NCBI GenBank assembly: GCA_032718475.1
Contig: JAUCBJ010000176.1
Location: 1-64,000, forward strand
Length of the DNA: 64,000 bases
Direction: 5' to 3'
From: Nemertoderma westbladi
Taxonomy: Eukaryota; Animalia; Xenacoelomorpha
Under the pieces are notes generated by a model, which searched no databases, was not told where the DNA came from, and saw only the letters and a program-made list of their open reading frames with translations. Shown here one piece after another: positions 33,501 through 48,500 of this stretch. Position 1 is the first letter of the stretch; the number at the start of each line of letters is the position of its first letter. The position numbers were made by a program, and so were the translations under genes.

Positions 33501-36500
33501 ATAGGTCGGGGTTGAGACAAAACGAGATAGGTCGGGGTTGAGACAAAACGAGAACGAGATAGGTCGGGGTTGAGACAAAACGAGAACGAGATAGGTCGGG
33601 GTTGAGACAAAACGAGATAGGTCGGGGTTGAGACAAAACGAGATAGGTCGGGGTTGAGACAAAACGAGAACGAGATAGGTCGGGGTTAAGACAAAACCAG
33701 AACGAGATAGGTCGGGGTTGAGACAAAACGAGAACGAGATAGGTCGGGGTTTAGACAAAACGAGAACGAGATAGGTCGGGGTTGAGACAAAACGAGATAG
33801 GTCGGGGTTGAGAAAAAACGAGATAGGTCGGGGTTGAGACAAAACGAGATAGGTCGGGGTTGAGACAAAACGAGAACGAGATAGGTCGGGGTTAAGACAA
33901 AACCAGAACGAGATAGGTCGGGGTTGAGACAAAACGAGATAGGTCGGGGTTGAGACAAAGCGAGAACGAGATAGGTCGGGGTTGAGACAAAACGAGAACG
34001 AGATAGGTCGGGGTTGAGACAAAACGAGAACGAGATAGGTCGGGGTTGAGACAAAACGAGATAGGTCGGGGTTGAGACAAAACCAGAACGAGATAGGTCG
34101 GGGTTGAGACAAAACGAGAACGAGATAGGTCGGGGTTGAGACAAAACGAGAACGAGATAGGTCGGGGTTGAGACAAAACGAGATAGGTCGGGGTTGAGAC
34201 AAAACGAGATAGGTCGGGGTTGAGACAAAACGAGAACGAGATAGGTCGGGGTTAAGACAAAACCAGAACGAGATAGGTCGGGGTTGAGACAAAACGAGAT
34301 AGGTCGGGGTTGAGACAAAACGAGAACGAGATAGGTCGGGGTTGAGACAAAACGAGATAGGTCGGGGTTGAGACAAAACCAGAACGAGATAGGTCAGGGT
34401 TGAGACAAAACGAGAACGAGATAGGTCGGGGTTCAGACAAAACAAGAACGAGATAGGTCGGGGTTGAGACAAAACCAGAACGAGATAGGTCGGGGTTCAG
34501 ACAAAACCACAACGAGATAGGTCGGGGTTGAGACAAAACGATATAGGTCGGGGTTGAGACAACACGAGAACGAGTTAGGTCGGGGTTCAGACAAAACCAG
34601 AACGAGATAGGTCGGGGTTGAGACAAAACCAGAACGAGATAGGTCGGGGTTCAGACAAAACGAGAACGAGATAGGTCGGGGTTGCGACAAAACCAGAACG
34701 AGATAGGTCGGGGTTGAGACAAAACGAGATAGGTCGGGGTTGAGACAAAACCAGAACGAGATAGGTCGGGGTTCAGACAAAACCAGAACGAGATAGGTCG
34801 GGGTTGAGACAAAACGAGAACGAGATAGGTCGGGGTTGAGACAAAACCAGAACGAGATAGGTCGGGGTTGAGACAAAACGAGATAGGTCGGGGTTCAGAC
34901 AAAACGAAACGAGATAGGTCGGGGTTGCGACAAAACCAGAACGAGATAGGTCGGGGTTGAGACAAAACGAGAACGAGATAGGTCGGGGTTGAGACAAAAC
35001 CAGAACGAGATAGGTCGGGGTTCAGACAAAACCAGAACGAGATAGGTCGGGGTTCAGACAAAACGAGATAGGTCGGGGTTGAGACAAAACCAGAACGAGA
35101 TAGGTCGGGGTTGAGACAAAACGAGGACGAGATAGGTCGGGGTTGAGACAAAACGAGATAGGTCGGGGTTGAGACAAAACGAGATAGGTCGGGGTTGAGA
35201 CAAAACAAGAACGAGATAGGTCGGGGTTGAGACAAAACCAGAACGAGATAGGTCGGGGTTGAGACGAAACGAGATAGGTCGGGGTTGAGACAAAACGAGA
35301 TAGGTCGGGGTTGAGACAAAACGAGAACGAGATAGGTCGGGGTTGAGACAAAACGAGATAGGTCGGGGTTGAGACAAAACGAGATAGGTCGGGGTTGAGA
35401 CAAAACGAGAACGAGATAGGTCGGGGTTAAGACAAAACCAGAACGAGATAGGTCGGGGTTGAGACAAAACGAGAACGAGATAGGTCGGGGTTGAGACAAA
35501 ACGAGATAGGTCGGGGTTGAGACAAAACGAGATAGGTCGGGGTTGAGACAAAACGAGAACGAGATAGGTCGGGGTTGAGACAAAACGAGAACGAGATAGG
35601 TCGGGGTTGAGACAAAACGAGATAGGTCGGGGTTGAGACAAAACGAGATAGGTCGGGGTTGAGACAAAACGAGAACGAGATAGGTCGGGGTTAAGACAAA
35701 ACCAGAACGAGATAGGTCGGGGTTGAGACAAAACGAGAACGAGATAGGTCGGGGTTTAGACAAAACGAGAACGAGATAGGTCGGGGTTGAGACAAAACGA
35801 GATAGGTCGGGGTTGAGAAAAAACGAGATAGGTCGGGGTTGAGACAAAACGAGATAGGTCGGGGTTGAGACAAAACGAGAACGAGATAGGTCGGGGTTAA
35901 GACAAAACCAGAACGAGATAGGTCGGGGTTGAGACAAAACGAGAACGAGATAGGTCGGGGTTGAGACAAAACGAGATAGGTCGGGGTTGAGACAAAACCA
36001 GAACGAGATAGGTCGGGGTTGAGACAAAACGAGAACGAGATAGGTCGGGGTTGAGACAAAACGAGAACGAGATAGGTCGGGGTTGAGACAAAACGAGATA
36101 GGTCGGGGTTGAGACAAAACGAGATAGGTCGGGGTTGAGACAAAACGAGAACGAGATAGGTCGGGGTTAAGACAAAACCAGAACGAGATAGGTCGGGGTT
36201 GAGACAAAACGAGATAGGTCGGGGTTGAGACAAAACGAGAACGAGATAGGTCGGGGTTGAGACAAAACGAGATAGGTCGGGGTTGAGACAAAACCAGAAC
36301 GAGATAGGTCAGGGTTGAGACAAAACGAGAACGAGATAGGTCGGGGTTGAGACAAAACGAGATAGGTCGGGGTTGAGACAAAGCGAGAACGAGATAGGTC
36401 GGGGTTGAGACAAAACGAGAACGAGATAGGTCGGGGTTGAGACAAAACGAGAACGAGATAGGTCGGGGTTGAGACAAAACGAGATAGGTCGGGGTTGAGA

Positions 36501-39500
36501 CAAAACCAGAACGAGATAGGTCGGGGTTGAGACAAAACGAGAACGAGATAGGTCGGGGTTGAGACAAAACGAGAACGAGATAGGTCGGGGTTGAGACAAA
36601 ACGAGATAGGTCGGGGTTGAGACAAAACGAGAACGAGATAGGTCGGGGTTGAGACAAAACGAGATAGGTCGGGGTTGAGACAAAGCGAGAACGAGATAGG
36701 TCGGGGTTGAGACAAAACCAGAACGAGATAGGTCGGGGTTGAGACAAAACGAGAACGAGATAGGTCGGGGTTGAGACAAAACGAGATAGGTCGGGGTTGA
36801 GACAAAGCGAGAACGAGATAGGTCGGGGTTGAGACAAAACGAGAACGAGATAGGTCGGGGTTGAGACAAAACGAGAACGAGATAGGTCGGGGTTGAGACA
36901 AAACGAGATAGGTCGGGGTTGAGACAAAACCAGAACGAGATAGGTCGGGGTTGAGACAAAACGAGAACGAGATAGGTCGGGGTTGAGACAAAACGAGAAC
37001 GAGATAGGTCGGGGTTGAGACAAAACGAGATAGGTCGGGGTTGAGACAAAACGAGATAGGTCGGGGTTGAGACAAAACGAGAACGAGATAGGTCGGGGTT
37101 AAGACAAAACCAGAACGAGATAGGTCGGGGTTGAGACAAAACGAGATAGGTCGGGGTTGAGACAAAACGAGAACGAGATAGGTCGGGGTTGAGACAAAAC
37201 GAGATAGGTCGGGGTTGAGACAAAACCAGAACGAGATAGGTCAGGGTTGAGACAAAACGAGAACGAGATAGGTCGGGGTTGAGACAAAACGAGAACGAGA
37301 TAGGTCGGGGTTGAGACAAAACGAGAACGAGATAGGTCGGGGTTGAGACAAAACGAGATAGGTCGGGGTTGAGACAAAACGAGATAGGTCGGGGTTGAGA
37401 CAAAACGAGAACGAGATAGGTCGGGGTTAAGACAAAACCAGAACGAGATAGGTCGGGGTTGAGACAAAACGAGATAGGTCGGGGTTGAGACAAAACAAGA
37501 ACGAGATAGGTCGGGGTTGAGACAAAACGAGAACGAGATAGGTCGGGGTTGAGACAAAACGAGAACGAGATAGGTAGGGGTTGAGACAAAACGAGATAGG
37601 TCGGGGTTGAGACAAAACGAGAACGAGATAGGTCGGGGTTGAGACAAAACGAGATAGGTCGGGGTTGAGACAAAACGAGATAGGTCGGGGTTGAGACAAA
37701 ACGAGAACGAGATAGGTCGGGGTTAAGACAAAACCAGAACGAGATAGGTCGGGGTTGAGACAAAACCAGAACGAGATAGGTCGGGGTTGAGACAAAACGA
37801 GATAGGTCGGGGTTGAGACAAAACGAGATAGGTCGGGGTTGAGACAAAACGAGATAGGTCGGGGTTGAGACAAAACGAGATAGGTCGGGGTTGAGACAAA
37901 ACCAGAACGATATAGGTCGGGGTTGAGACAAAACGAGATAGGTCGGGGTTGAGACAAAACGAGATAGGTCGGGGTTGAGACAAAACGAGAACGAGATAGG
38001 TCGGGGTTAAGACAAAACCAGAACGAGATAGGTCGGGGTTGAGACAAAACCAGAACGAGATAGGTCGGGGTTGAGACAAAACGAGATAGGTCGGGGTTGA
38101 GACAAAACGAGATAGGTCGGGGTTGAGACAAAACGAGATAGGTCGGGGTTGAGACAAAACGAGATAGGTCGGGGTTGAGACAAAACCAGAACGATATAGG
38201 TCGGGGTTGAGACAAAACGAGATAGGTCGGGGTTGAGACAAAACGAGATAGGTCGGGGTTGAGACAAAACGAGATAGGTCGGGGTTGAGACAAAACGAGA
38301 TAGGTCGGGGTTGAGACAAAACGAGATAGGTCAGGGTTGAGACGAAACCAGAACGAGATAGGTCGGGGTTGAGACAAAACGAGATAGGTCGGGGTTGAGA
38401 CAAAACGAGATAGGTCGGGGTTGAGACAAAACGAGATAGATCGGGGTTGAGACAAAACCAGAACGAGATAGGTCGGGGTTCAGACAAAACGAGATAGGTC
38501 GGAGTTGAGACAAAACCAGAACGAGATAGGTCGGGGTTGAGACAAAACCAGAACGAGATAGGTCGGGGTTGAGACAAAACGAGATAGGTCGGGGTTGAGA
38601 CGAAACCAGAACGAGATAGGTCGGGGTTGAGACAAAACGAGATAGGTCGGGGTTGAGACAAAACCAGAACGAGATAGGTCGGGGTTGAGACAAAACGAGA
38701 TAGGTCGGGGTTGAGACAAAACGAGATAGGTCGGGGTTGAGACGAAACCAGAACGAGATAGGTCGGGGTTGAGACGAAACCAGAACGAGATAGGTCGGGG
38801 TTGAGACAAAACGAGAACGAGATAGGTCGGGGTTGAGACAAAACGAGATAGGTCGGGGTTGAGACAAAACGAGATAGGTCGGGGTTGAGACAAAACGAGA
38901 ACGAGATAGGTCGGGGTTGAGACAAAACGAGAACGAGATAGGTCGGGGTTGAGACAAAACGAGAACGAGATAGGTCGGGGTTGAGACAAAACGAGATAGG
39001 TCGGGGTTGAGACAAAACGAGATAGGTCGGGGTTGAGACAAAACGAGAACGAGATAGGTCGGGGTTGAGACAAAACCAGAACGAGATAGGTCGGGGTTGA
39101 GACGAAACGAGATAGGTCGGGGTTGAGACAAAACGAGATAGGTCGGGGTTGAGACAAAACGAGAACGAGATAGGTCGGGGTTGCGACAAAACCAGAACGA
39201 GATAGGTCGGGGTTGAGACAAAACGAGAACGAGATAGGTCGGGGTTGAGACAAAACCAGAACGAGATAGGTCGGGGTTCAGACAAAACCAGAACGAGATA
39301 GGTCGGGGTTCAGACAAAACGAGATAGGTCGGGGTTGAGACAAAACCAGAACGAGATAGGTCGGGGTTGAGACAAAACGAGAACGAGATAGGTCGGGGTT
39401 GAGACAAAACGAGAACGAGATAGGTCGGGGTTGAGACAAAACGAGATAGGTCGGGGTTGAGACAAAACGAGATAGGTCGGGGTTGAGACAAAACAAGAAC

Positions 39501-42500
39501 GAGATAGGTCGGGGTTGAGAAAACCAGAACGAGATAGGTCGGGGTTGAGACGAAACGAGATAGGTCGGGGTTGAGACAAAACGAGATAGGTCGGGGTTGA
39601 GACAAAACGAGAACGAGATAGGTCGGGGTTGAGACAAAACGAGATAGGTCGGGGTTGAGACAAAACGAGATAGGTCGGGGTTGAGACAAAACGAGAACGA
39701 GATAGGTCGGGGTTAAGACAAAACAAGAACGAGATAGGTCGGGGTTGAGACAAAACGAGAACGAGATAGGTCGGGGTTGAGACAAAACGAGATAGGTCGG
39801 GGTTGAGACAAAACGAGATAGGTCGGGGTTGAGACAAAACGAGAACGAGATAGGTCGGGGTTGAGACAAAACCAGAACGAGATAGGTCGGGGTTGAGACA
39901 AAACGAAACGAGATAGGTCGGGGTTGAGACAAAACGAGAACGAGATAGGTCGGGGTTGAGACAAAACGAGATAGGTCGGGGTTGAGACAAAACGAGATAG
40001 GTCGGGGTTGAGACAAAACAAGAACGAGATAGGTCGGGGTTGAGACAAAACCAGAACGAGATAGGTCGGGGTTGAGACGAAACGAGATAGGTCGGGGTTG
40101 AGACAAAACGAGATAGGTCGGGGTTGAGACAAAACGAGAACGAGATAGGTCGGGGTTGAGACAAAACGAGATAGGTCGGGGTTGAGACAAAACGAGATAG
40201 GTCGGGGTTGAGACAAAACGAGAACGAGATAGGTCGGGGTTAAGACAAAACCAGAACGAGATAGGTCGGGGTTGAGACAAAACGAGAACGAGATAGGTCG
40301 GGGTTGAGACAAAACGAGATAGGTCGGGGTTGAGACAAAACGAGATAGGTCGGGGTTGAGACAAAACGAGAACGAGATAGGTCGGGGTTGAGACAAAACG
40401 AGAACGAGATAGGTCGGGGTTGAGACAAAACGAGATAGGTCGGGGTTGAGACAAAACGAGATAGGTCGGGGTTGAGACAAAACGAGAACGAGATAGGTCG
40501 GGGTTAAGACAAAACCAGAACGAGATAGGTCGGGGTTGAGACAAAACGAGAACGAGATAGGTCGGGGTTTAGACAAAACGAGAACGAGATAGGTCGGGGT
40601 TGAGACAAAACGAGATAGGTCGGGGTTGAGACAAAACGAGATAGGTCGGGGTTGAGACAAAACGAGATAGGTCGGGGTTGAGACAAAACGAGAACGAGAT
40701 AGGTCGGGGTTAAGACAAAACCAGAACGAGATAGGTCGGGGTTGAGACAAAACGAGATAGGTCGGGGTTGAGACAAAGCGAGAACGAGATAGGTCGGGGT
40801 TGAGACAAAACGAGAACGAGATAGGTCGGGGTTGAGACAAAACGAGAACGAGATAGGTCGGGGTTGAGACAAAACGAGATAGGTCGGGGTTGAGACAAAA
40901 CCAGAACGAGATAGGTCGGGGTTGAGACAAAACGAGAACGAGATAGGTCGGGGTTGAGACAAAACGAGAACGAGATAGGTCGGGGTTGAGACAAAACGAG
41001 ATAGGTCGGGGTTGAGACAAAACGAGATAGGTCGGGGTTGAGACAAAACGAGAACGAGATAGGTCGGGGTTAAGACAAAACCAGAACGAGATAGGTCGGG
41101 GTTGAGACAAAACGAGATAGGTCGGGGTTGAGACAAAACGAGAACGAGATAGGTCGGGGTTGAGACAAAACGAGATAGGTCGGGGTTGAGACAAAACCAG
41201 AACGAGATAGGTCAGGGTTGAGACAAAACGAGAACGAGATAGGTCGGGGTTGAGACAAAACGAGAACGAGATAGGTTGGGGTTGAGACAAAACGAGATAG
41301 GTCGGGGTTGAGACAAAACGAGATAGGTCGGGGTTGAGACAAAACGAGAACGAGATAGGTCGGGGTTAAGACAAAACCAGAACGAGATAGGGCGGGGTTG
41401 AGACAAAACGAGATAGGTCGGGGTTGAGACAAAACGAGAACGAGATAGGTCGGGGTTGAGACAAAACGAGAACGAGATAGGTCGGGGTTGAGACAAAACG
41501 AGATAGGTCGGGGTTGAGACAAAACGAGATAGGTCGGGGTTGAGACAAAACGAGAACGAGATAGGTCGGGGTTAAGACAAAACCAGAACGAGATAGGTCG
41601 GGGTTGAGACAAAACCAGAACGAGATAGGTCGGGGTTGAGACAAAACGAGATAGGTCGGGGTTGAGACAAAACGAGATAGGTCGGGGTTGAGACAAAACG
41701 AGATAGGTCGGGGTTGAGACGAAACCAGAACGAGATAGGTCGGGGTTGAGACAAAACGAGATAGGTCGGGGTTGAGACAAAACGAGATAGGTCGGGGTTG
41801 AGACAAAACGAGATAGGTCGGGGTTGAGACAAAACGAGATAGGTCGGGGTTGAGACAAAACCAGAACGAGATAGGTCGGGGTTCAGACAAAACGAGATAG
41901 GTCGGAGTTGAGACAAAACCAGAACGAGATAGGTCGGGGTTGAGACAAAACCAGAACGAGATAGGTCGGGGTTGAGACAAAACGAGATAGGTCGGGGTTG
42001 AGACGAAACCAGAACGAGATAGGTCGGGGTTGAGACAAAACGAGATAGGTCGGGGTTGAGACAAAACCAGAACGAGATAGGTCGGGGTTGAGACAAAACG
42101 AGATAGGTCGGGGTTGAGACAAAACGAGATAGGTCGGGGTTGAGACGAAACCAGAACGAGATAGGTCGGGGTTGAGACGAAACCAGAACGAGATAGGTCG
42201 GGGTTGAGACAAAACGAGAACGAGATAGGTCGGGGTTGAGACAAAACGAGATAGGTCGGGGTTGAGACAAAACGAGATAGGTCGGGGTTGAGACAAAACG
42301 AGAACGAGATAGGTCGGGGTTGAGACAAAACGAGAACGAGATAGGTCGGGGTTGAGACAAAACGAGAACGAGATAGGTCGGGGTTGAGACAAAACGAGAT
42401 AGGTCGGGGTTGAGACAAAACGAGATAGGTCGGGGTTGAGACAAAACGAGAACGAGATAGGTCGGGGTTAAGACAAAACCAGAACGAGATAGGTCGGGGT

Positions 42501-45500
42501 TGAGACAAAACGAGAACGAGATAGGTCGGGGTTGAGAGAAAACCAGAACGAGATAGGTCGGGGTTGAGACAAAACGAGATAGGTCGGGGTTGAGACAAAA
42601 CCAGAACGAGATAGGTCAGGGTTGAGACAAAACGAGAACGAGATAGGTCGGGGTTGAGACAAAACGAGAACGAGATAGGTCGGGGTTGAGACAAAACGAG
42701 ATAGGTCGGGGTTGAGACAAAACGAGATAGGTCGGGGTTGAGACAAAACGAGAACGAGATAGGTCGGGGTTAAGACAAAACCAGAACGAGATAGGTCGGG
42801 GTTGAGACAAAACGAGATAGGTCGGAGTTGAGACAAAACGAGAACGAGATAGGTCGGGGTTGAGACAAAACGAGAACGAGATAGGTCGGGGTTGAGACAA
42901 AACGAGAACGAGATAGGTCGGGGTTGAGACAAAACGAGATAGGTCGGGGTTGAGACAAAACGAGATAGGTCGGGGTTGAGACAAAACCAGAACGAGATAG
43001 GTCGGGGTTGAGACAAAACCAGAACGAGATAGGTCGGGGTTGAGACGAAACCAGAACGAGATAGGTCGGGGTTGAGACAAAACGAGATAGGTCGGGGTTG
43101 AGACAAAACGAGATAGGTCGGGGTTGAGACAAAACGAGATAGGTCGGGGTTGAGACAAAACGAGATAGGTCGGGGTTGAGACAAAACCAGAACGATATAG
43201 GTCGGGGTTGAGACAAAACGAGATAGGTCGGGGTTGAGACAAAACGAGATAGGTCGGGGTTGAGACAAAACGAGATAGGTCGGGGTTAAGACAAAACCAG
43301 AACGAGATAGGTCGGGGTTGAGACAAAACCAGAACGAGATAGGTCGGGGTTGAGACAAAACGAGATAGGTCGGGGTTGAGACAAAACGAGATAGGTCGGG
43401 GTTGAGACAAAACGAGATAGGTCGGGGTTGAGACAAAACGAGATAGGTCGGGGTTGAGACAAAACCAGAACGATATAGGTCGGGGTTGAGACAAAACGAG
43501 ATAGGTCGGGGTTGAGACAAAACGAGATAGGTCGGGGTTGAGACAAAACGAGATAGGTCGGGGTTGAGACAAAACGAGATAGGTCGGGGTTGAGACGAAA
43601 CCAGAACGAGATAGGTCGGGTTGAGACAAAACGAGATAGGTCGGTGTTGAGACAAAACGAGATAGGTCGGGGTTGAGACAAAACGAGATAGGTCGGGGTT
43701 GAGACAAAACCAGAACGAGATAGGTCGGGGTTCAGACAAAACGAGATAGGTCGGAGTTGAGACAAAACCAGAACGAGATAGGTCGGGGTTGAGACAAAAC
43801 CAGAACGAGATAGGTCGGGGTTGAGACAAAACGAGATAGGTCGGGGTTGAGACGAAACCAGAACGAGATAGGTCGGGGTTGAGACAAAACGAGATAGGTC
43901 GGGGTTGAGACAAAACCAGAACGAGATAGGTCGGGGTTGAGACAAAACGAGATAGGTCGGGGTTGAGACAAAACGAGATAGGTCGGGGTTGAGACGAAAC
44001 CAAAACGAGATAGGTCGGGGTTGAGACAAATCGAGAACGAGATAGGTCAGGGTTGAGACAAAACGAGATAGGTCGGGGTTGAGACAAAACGAGATAGGTC
44101 GGGGTTGAGACGAAACCAGAACGAGATAGGTCGGGGTTGAGACGAAACCAGAACGAGATAGGTCGGGGTTGAGACAAAACCAAAACGAGATAGGTCGGGG
44201 TTGAGACAAAACCAGAACGAGATAGGTCGGGGTTCAGACAAAACAAGAACGAGATAGGTCGGGGTTGAGACAAAACCAGAACGAGATAGGTCGGGGTTCA
44301 GACAAAACCAGAACGAGATAGGTCGGGGTTGAGACAAAACGATATAGGTCGGGGTTGAGACAACACGAGAACGAGTTAGGTCGGGGTTCAGACAAAACCA
44401 GAACGAGATAGGTCGGGGTTGAGACAAAACCAGAACGAGATAGGTCGGGGTTCAGACAAAACGAGAACGAGATAGGTCGGGGTTGCGACAAAACCAGAAC
44501 GAGATAGGTCGGGGTTGAGACAAAACGAGATAGGTCGGGGTTGAGACAAAACCAGAACGAGATAGGTCGGGGTTGCGACAAAACCAGAACGAGATAGGTC
44601 GGGGTTGAGACAAAACGAGAACGAGATAGGTCGGGGTTGAGACAAAACCAGAACGAGATAGGTCGGGGTTGAGACAAAACGAGAACGAGATAGGTCGGGG
44701 TTGAGACAAAACCAGAACGAGATAGGTCGGGGTTGCGACAAAACCAGAACGAGATAGGTCGGGGTTGAGACAAAACGAGAACGAGATAGGTCGGGGTTCA
44801 GACAAAACCAGAACGAGATAGGTCGGGGTTCAGACAAAACGAGATAGGTCGGGGTTGAGACAAAACCAGAACGAGATAGGTCGGGGTTGAGACAAAACGA
44901 GAACGAGATAGGTCGGGGTTGAGACAAAACGAGATAGGTCGTGGTTGAGACAAAACGAGATAGGTCGGGGTTGAGACAAAACAAGAACGAGATAGGTCGG
45001 GGTTGAGACAAAACCAGAACGAGATAGGTCGGGGTTGAGACGAAACGAGATAGGTCGGGGTTGAGACAAAACGAGATAGGTCGGGGTTGAGACAAAACGA
45101 GATAGGTCGGGGTTGAGACAAAACGAGAACGAGATAGGTCGGGGTTGAGACAAAACGAGATAGGTCAGGGTTGAGACAAAACGAGATAGGTCGGGGTTGA
45201 GACAAAACGAGAACGAGATAGGTCGGGGTTAAGACAAAACCAGAACGAGATAGGTCGGGGTTGAGACAAAACGAGAACGAGATAGGTCAGGGTTGAGACA
45301 AAACGAGATAGGTCGGGGTTGAGACAAAACGAGAACGAGATAGGTCGGGGTTGAGACAAAACGAGATAGGTCGGGGTTGAGACAAAACGAGATAGGTCGG
45401 GGTTGAGACAAAACGAGAACGAGATAGGTCGGGGTTGAGACAAAACGAGAACGAGATAGGTCGGGGTTGAGACAAAACGAGAACGAGATAGGTCGGGGTT

Positions 45501-48500
45501 GAGACAAAACGAGATAGGTCGGGGTTGAGACAAAACGAGATAGGTCGGGGTTGAGACAAAACGAGAACGAGATAGGTCGGGGTTAAGACAAAACCAGAAC
45601 GAGATAGGTCGGGGTTGAGACAAAACGAGAACGAGATAGGTCGGGGTTGAGAGAAAACCAGAACGAGATAGGTCGGGGTTGAGACAAAACGAGATAGGTC
45701 GGGGTTGAGACAAAACCAGAACGAGATAGGTCAGGGTTGAGACAAAACGAGAACGAGATAGGTCGGGGTTGAGACAAAACGAGAACGAGATAGGTCGGGG
45801 TTGAGACAAAACGAGATAGGTCGGGGTTGAGACAAAACGAGATAGGTCGGGGTTGAGACAAAACGAGAACGAGATAGGTCGGGGTTAAGACAAAACCAGA
45901 ACGAGATAGGTCGGGGTTGAGACAAAACGAGATAGGTCGGGGTTGAGACAAAACGAGAACGAGATAGGTCGGGGTTGAGACAAAACGAGAACGAGATAGG
46001 TCGGGGTTGAGACAAAACGAGAACGAGATAGGTCGGGGTTGAGACAAAACGAGATAGGTCGGGGTTGAGACAAAACGAGATAGGTCGGGGTTGAGACAAA
46101 ACCAGAACGAGATAGGTCGGGGTTGAGACAAAACCAGAACGAGATAGGTCGGGGTTGAGACGAAACCAGAACGAGATAGGTCGGGGTTGAGACAAAACGA
46201 GATAGGTCGGGGTTGAGACAAAACGAGATAGGTCGGGGTTGAGACAAAACGAGATAGGTCGGGGTTGAGACAAAACGAGATAGGTCGGGGTTGAGACAAA
46301 ACCAGAACGATATAGGTCGGGGTTGAGACAAAACGAGATAGGTCGGGGTTGAGACAAAACGAGATAGGTCGGGGTTGAGACAAAACGAGATAGGTCGGGG
46401 TTAAGACAAAACCAGAACGAGATAGGTCGGGGTTGAGACAAAACCAGAACGAGATAGGTCGGGGTTGAGACAAAACGAGATAGGTCGGGGTTGAGACAAA
46501 ACGAGATAGGTCGGGGTTGAGACAAAACGAGATAGGTCGGGGTTGAGACAAAACGAGATAGGTCGGGGTTGAGACAAAACCAGAACGATATAGGTCGGGG
46601 TTGAGACAAAACGAGATAGGTCGGGGTTGAGACAAAACGAGATAGGTCGGGGTAGAGACAAAACGAGATAGGTCGGGGTTGAGACAAAACGAGATAGGTC
46701 GGGGTTGAGACGAAACCAGAACGAGATAGGTCGGGGTTGAGACAAAACGAGATAGGTCGGTGTTGAGACAAAACGAGATAGGTCGGGGTTGAGACAAAAC
46801 GAGATAGGTCGGGGTTGAGACAAAACCAGAACGAGATAGGTCGGGGTTCAGACAAAACGAGATAGGTCGGAGTTGAGACAAAACCAGAACGAGATAGGTC
46901 GGGGTTGAGACAAAACCAGAACGAGATAGGTCGGGGTTGAGACAAAACGAGATAGGTCGGGGTTGAGACGAAACCAGAACGAGATAGGTCGGGGTTGAGA
47001 CAAAACGAGATAGGTCGGGGTTGAGACAAAACCAGAACGAGATAGGTCGGGGTTGAGACAAAACGAGATAGGTCGGGGTTGAGACAAAACGAGATAGGTC
47101 GGGGTTGAGACGAAACCAAAACGAGATAGGTCGGGGTTGAGACAAATCGAGAACGAGATAGGTCAGGGTTGAGACAAAACGAGATAGGTCGGGGTTGAGA
47201 CAAAACGAGATAGGTCGGGGTTGAGACGAAACCAGAACGAGATAGGTCGGGGTTGAGACGAAACCAGAACGAGATAGGTCGGGGTTGAGACAAAACCAAA
47301 ACGAGATAGGTCGGGGTTGAGACAAAACCAGAACGAGATAGGTCGGGGTTCAGACAAAACAAGAACGAGATAGGTCGGGGTTGAGACAAAACCAGAACGA
47401 GATAGGTCGGGGTTCAGACAAAACCAGAACGAGATAGGTCGGGGTTGAGACAAAACGATATAGGTCGGGGTTGAGACAACACGAGAACGAGTTAGGTCGG
47501 GGTTCAGACAAAACCAGAACGAGATAGGTCGGGGTTGAGACAAAACCAGAACGAGATAGGTCGGGGTTCAGACAAAACGAGAACGAGATAGGTCGGGGTT
47601 GCGACAAAACCAGAACGAGATAGGTCGGGGTTGAGACAAAACGAGATAGGTCGGGGTTGAGACAAAACCAGAACGAGATAGGTCGGGGTTGCGACAAAAC
47701 CAGAACGAGATAGGTCGGGGTTGAGACAAAACGAGAACGAGATAGGTCGGGGTTGAGACAAAACCAGAACGAGATAGGTCGGGGTTGAGACAAAACGAGA
47801 ACGAGATAGGTCGGGGTTGAGACAAAACCAGAACGAGATAGGTCGGGGTTGCGACAAAACCAGAACGAGATAGGTCGGGGTTGAGACAAAACGAGAACGA
47901 GATAGGTCGGGGTTCAGACAAAACCAGAACGAGATAGGTCGGGGTTCAGACAAAACGAGATAGGTCGGGGTTGAGACAAAACCAGAACGAGATAGGTCGG
48001 GGTTGAGACAAAACGAGAACGAGATAGGTCGGGGTTGAGACAAAACGAGATAGGTCGTGGTTGAGACAAAACGAGATAGGTCGGGGTTGAGACAAAACAA
48101 GAACGAGATAGGTCGGGGTTGAGACAAAACCAGAACGAGATAGGTCGGGGTTGAGACGAAACGAGATAGGTCGGGGTTGAGACAAAACGAGATAGGTCGG
48201 GGTTGAGACAAAACGAGATAGGTCGGGGTTGAGACAAAACGAGAACGAGATAGGTCGGGGTTGAGACAAAACGAGATAGGTCAGGGTTGAGACAAAACGA
48301 GATAGGTCGGGGTTGAGACAAAACGAGAACGAGATAGGTCGGGGTTAAGACAAAACCAGAACGAGATAGGTCGGGGTTGAGACAAAACGAGAACGAGATA
48401 GGTCAGGGTTGAGACAAAACGAGATAGGTCGGGGTTGAGACAAAACGAGAACGAGATAGGTCGGGGTTGAGACAAAACGAGATAGGTCGGGGTTGAGACA

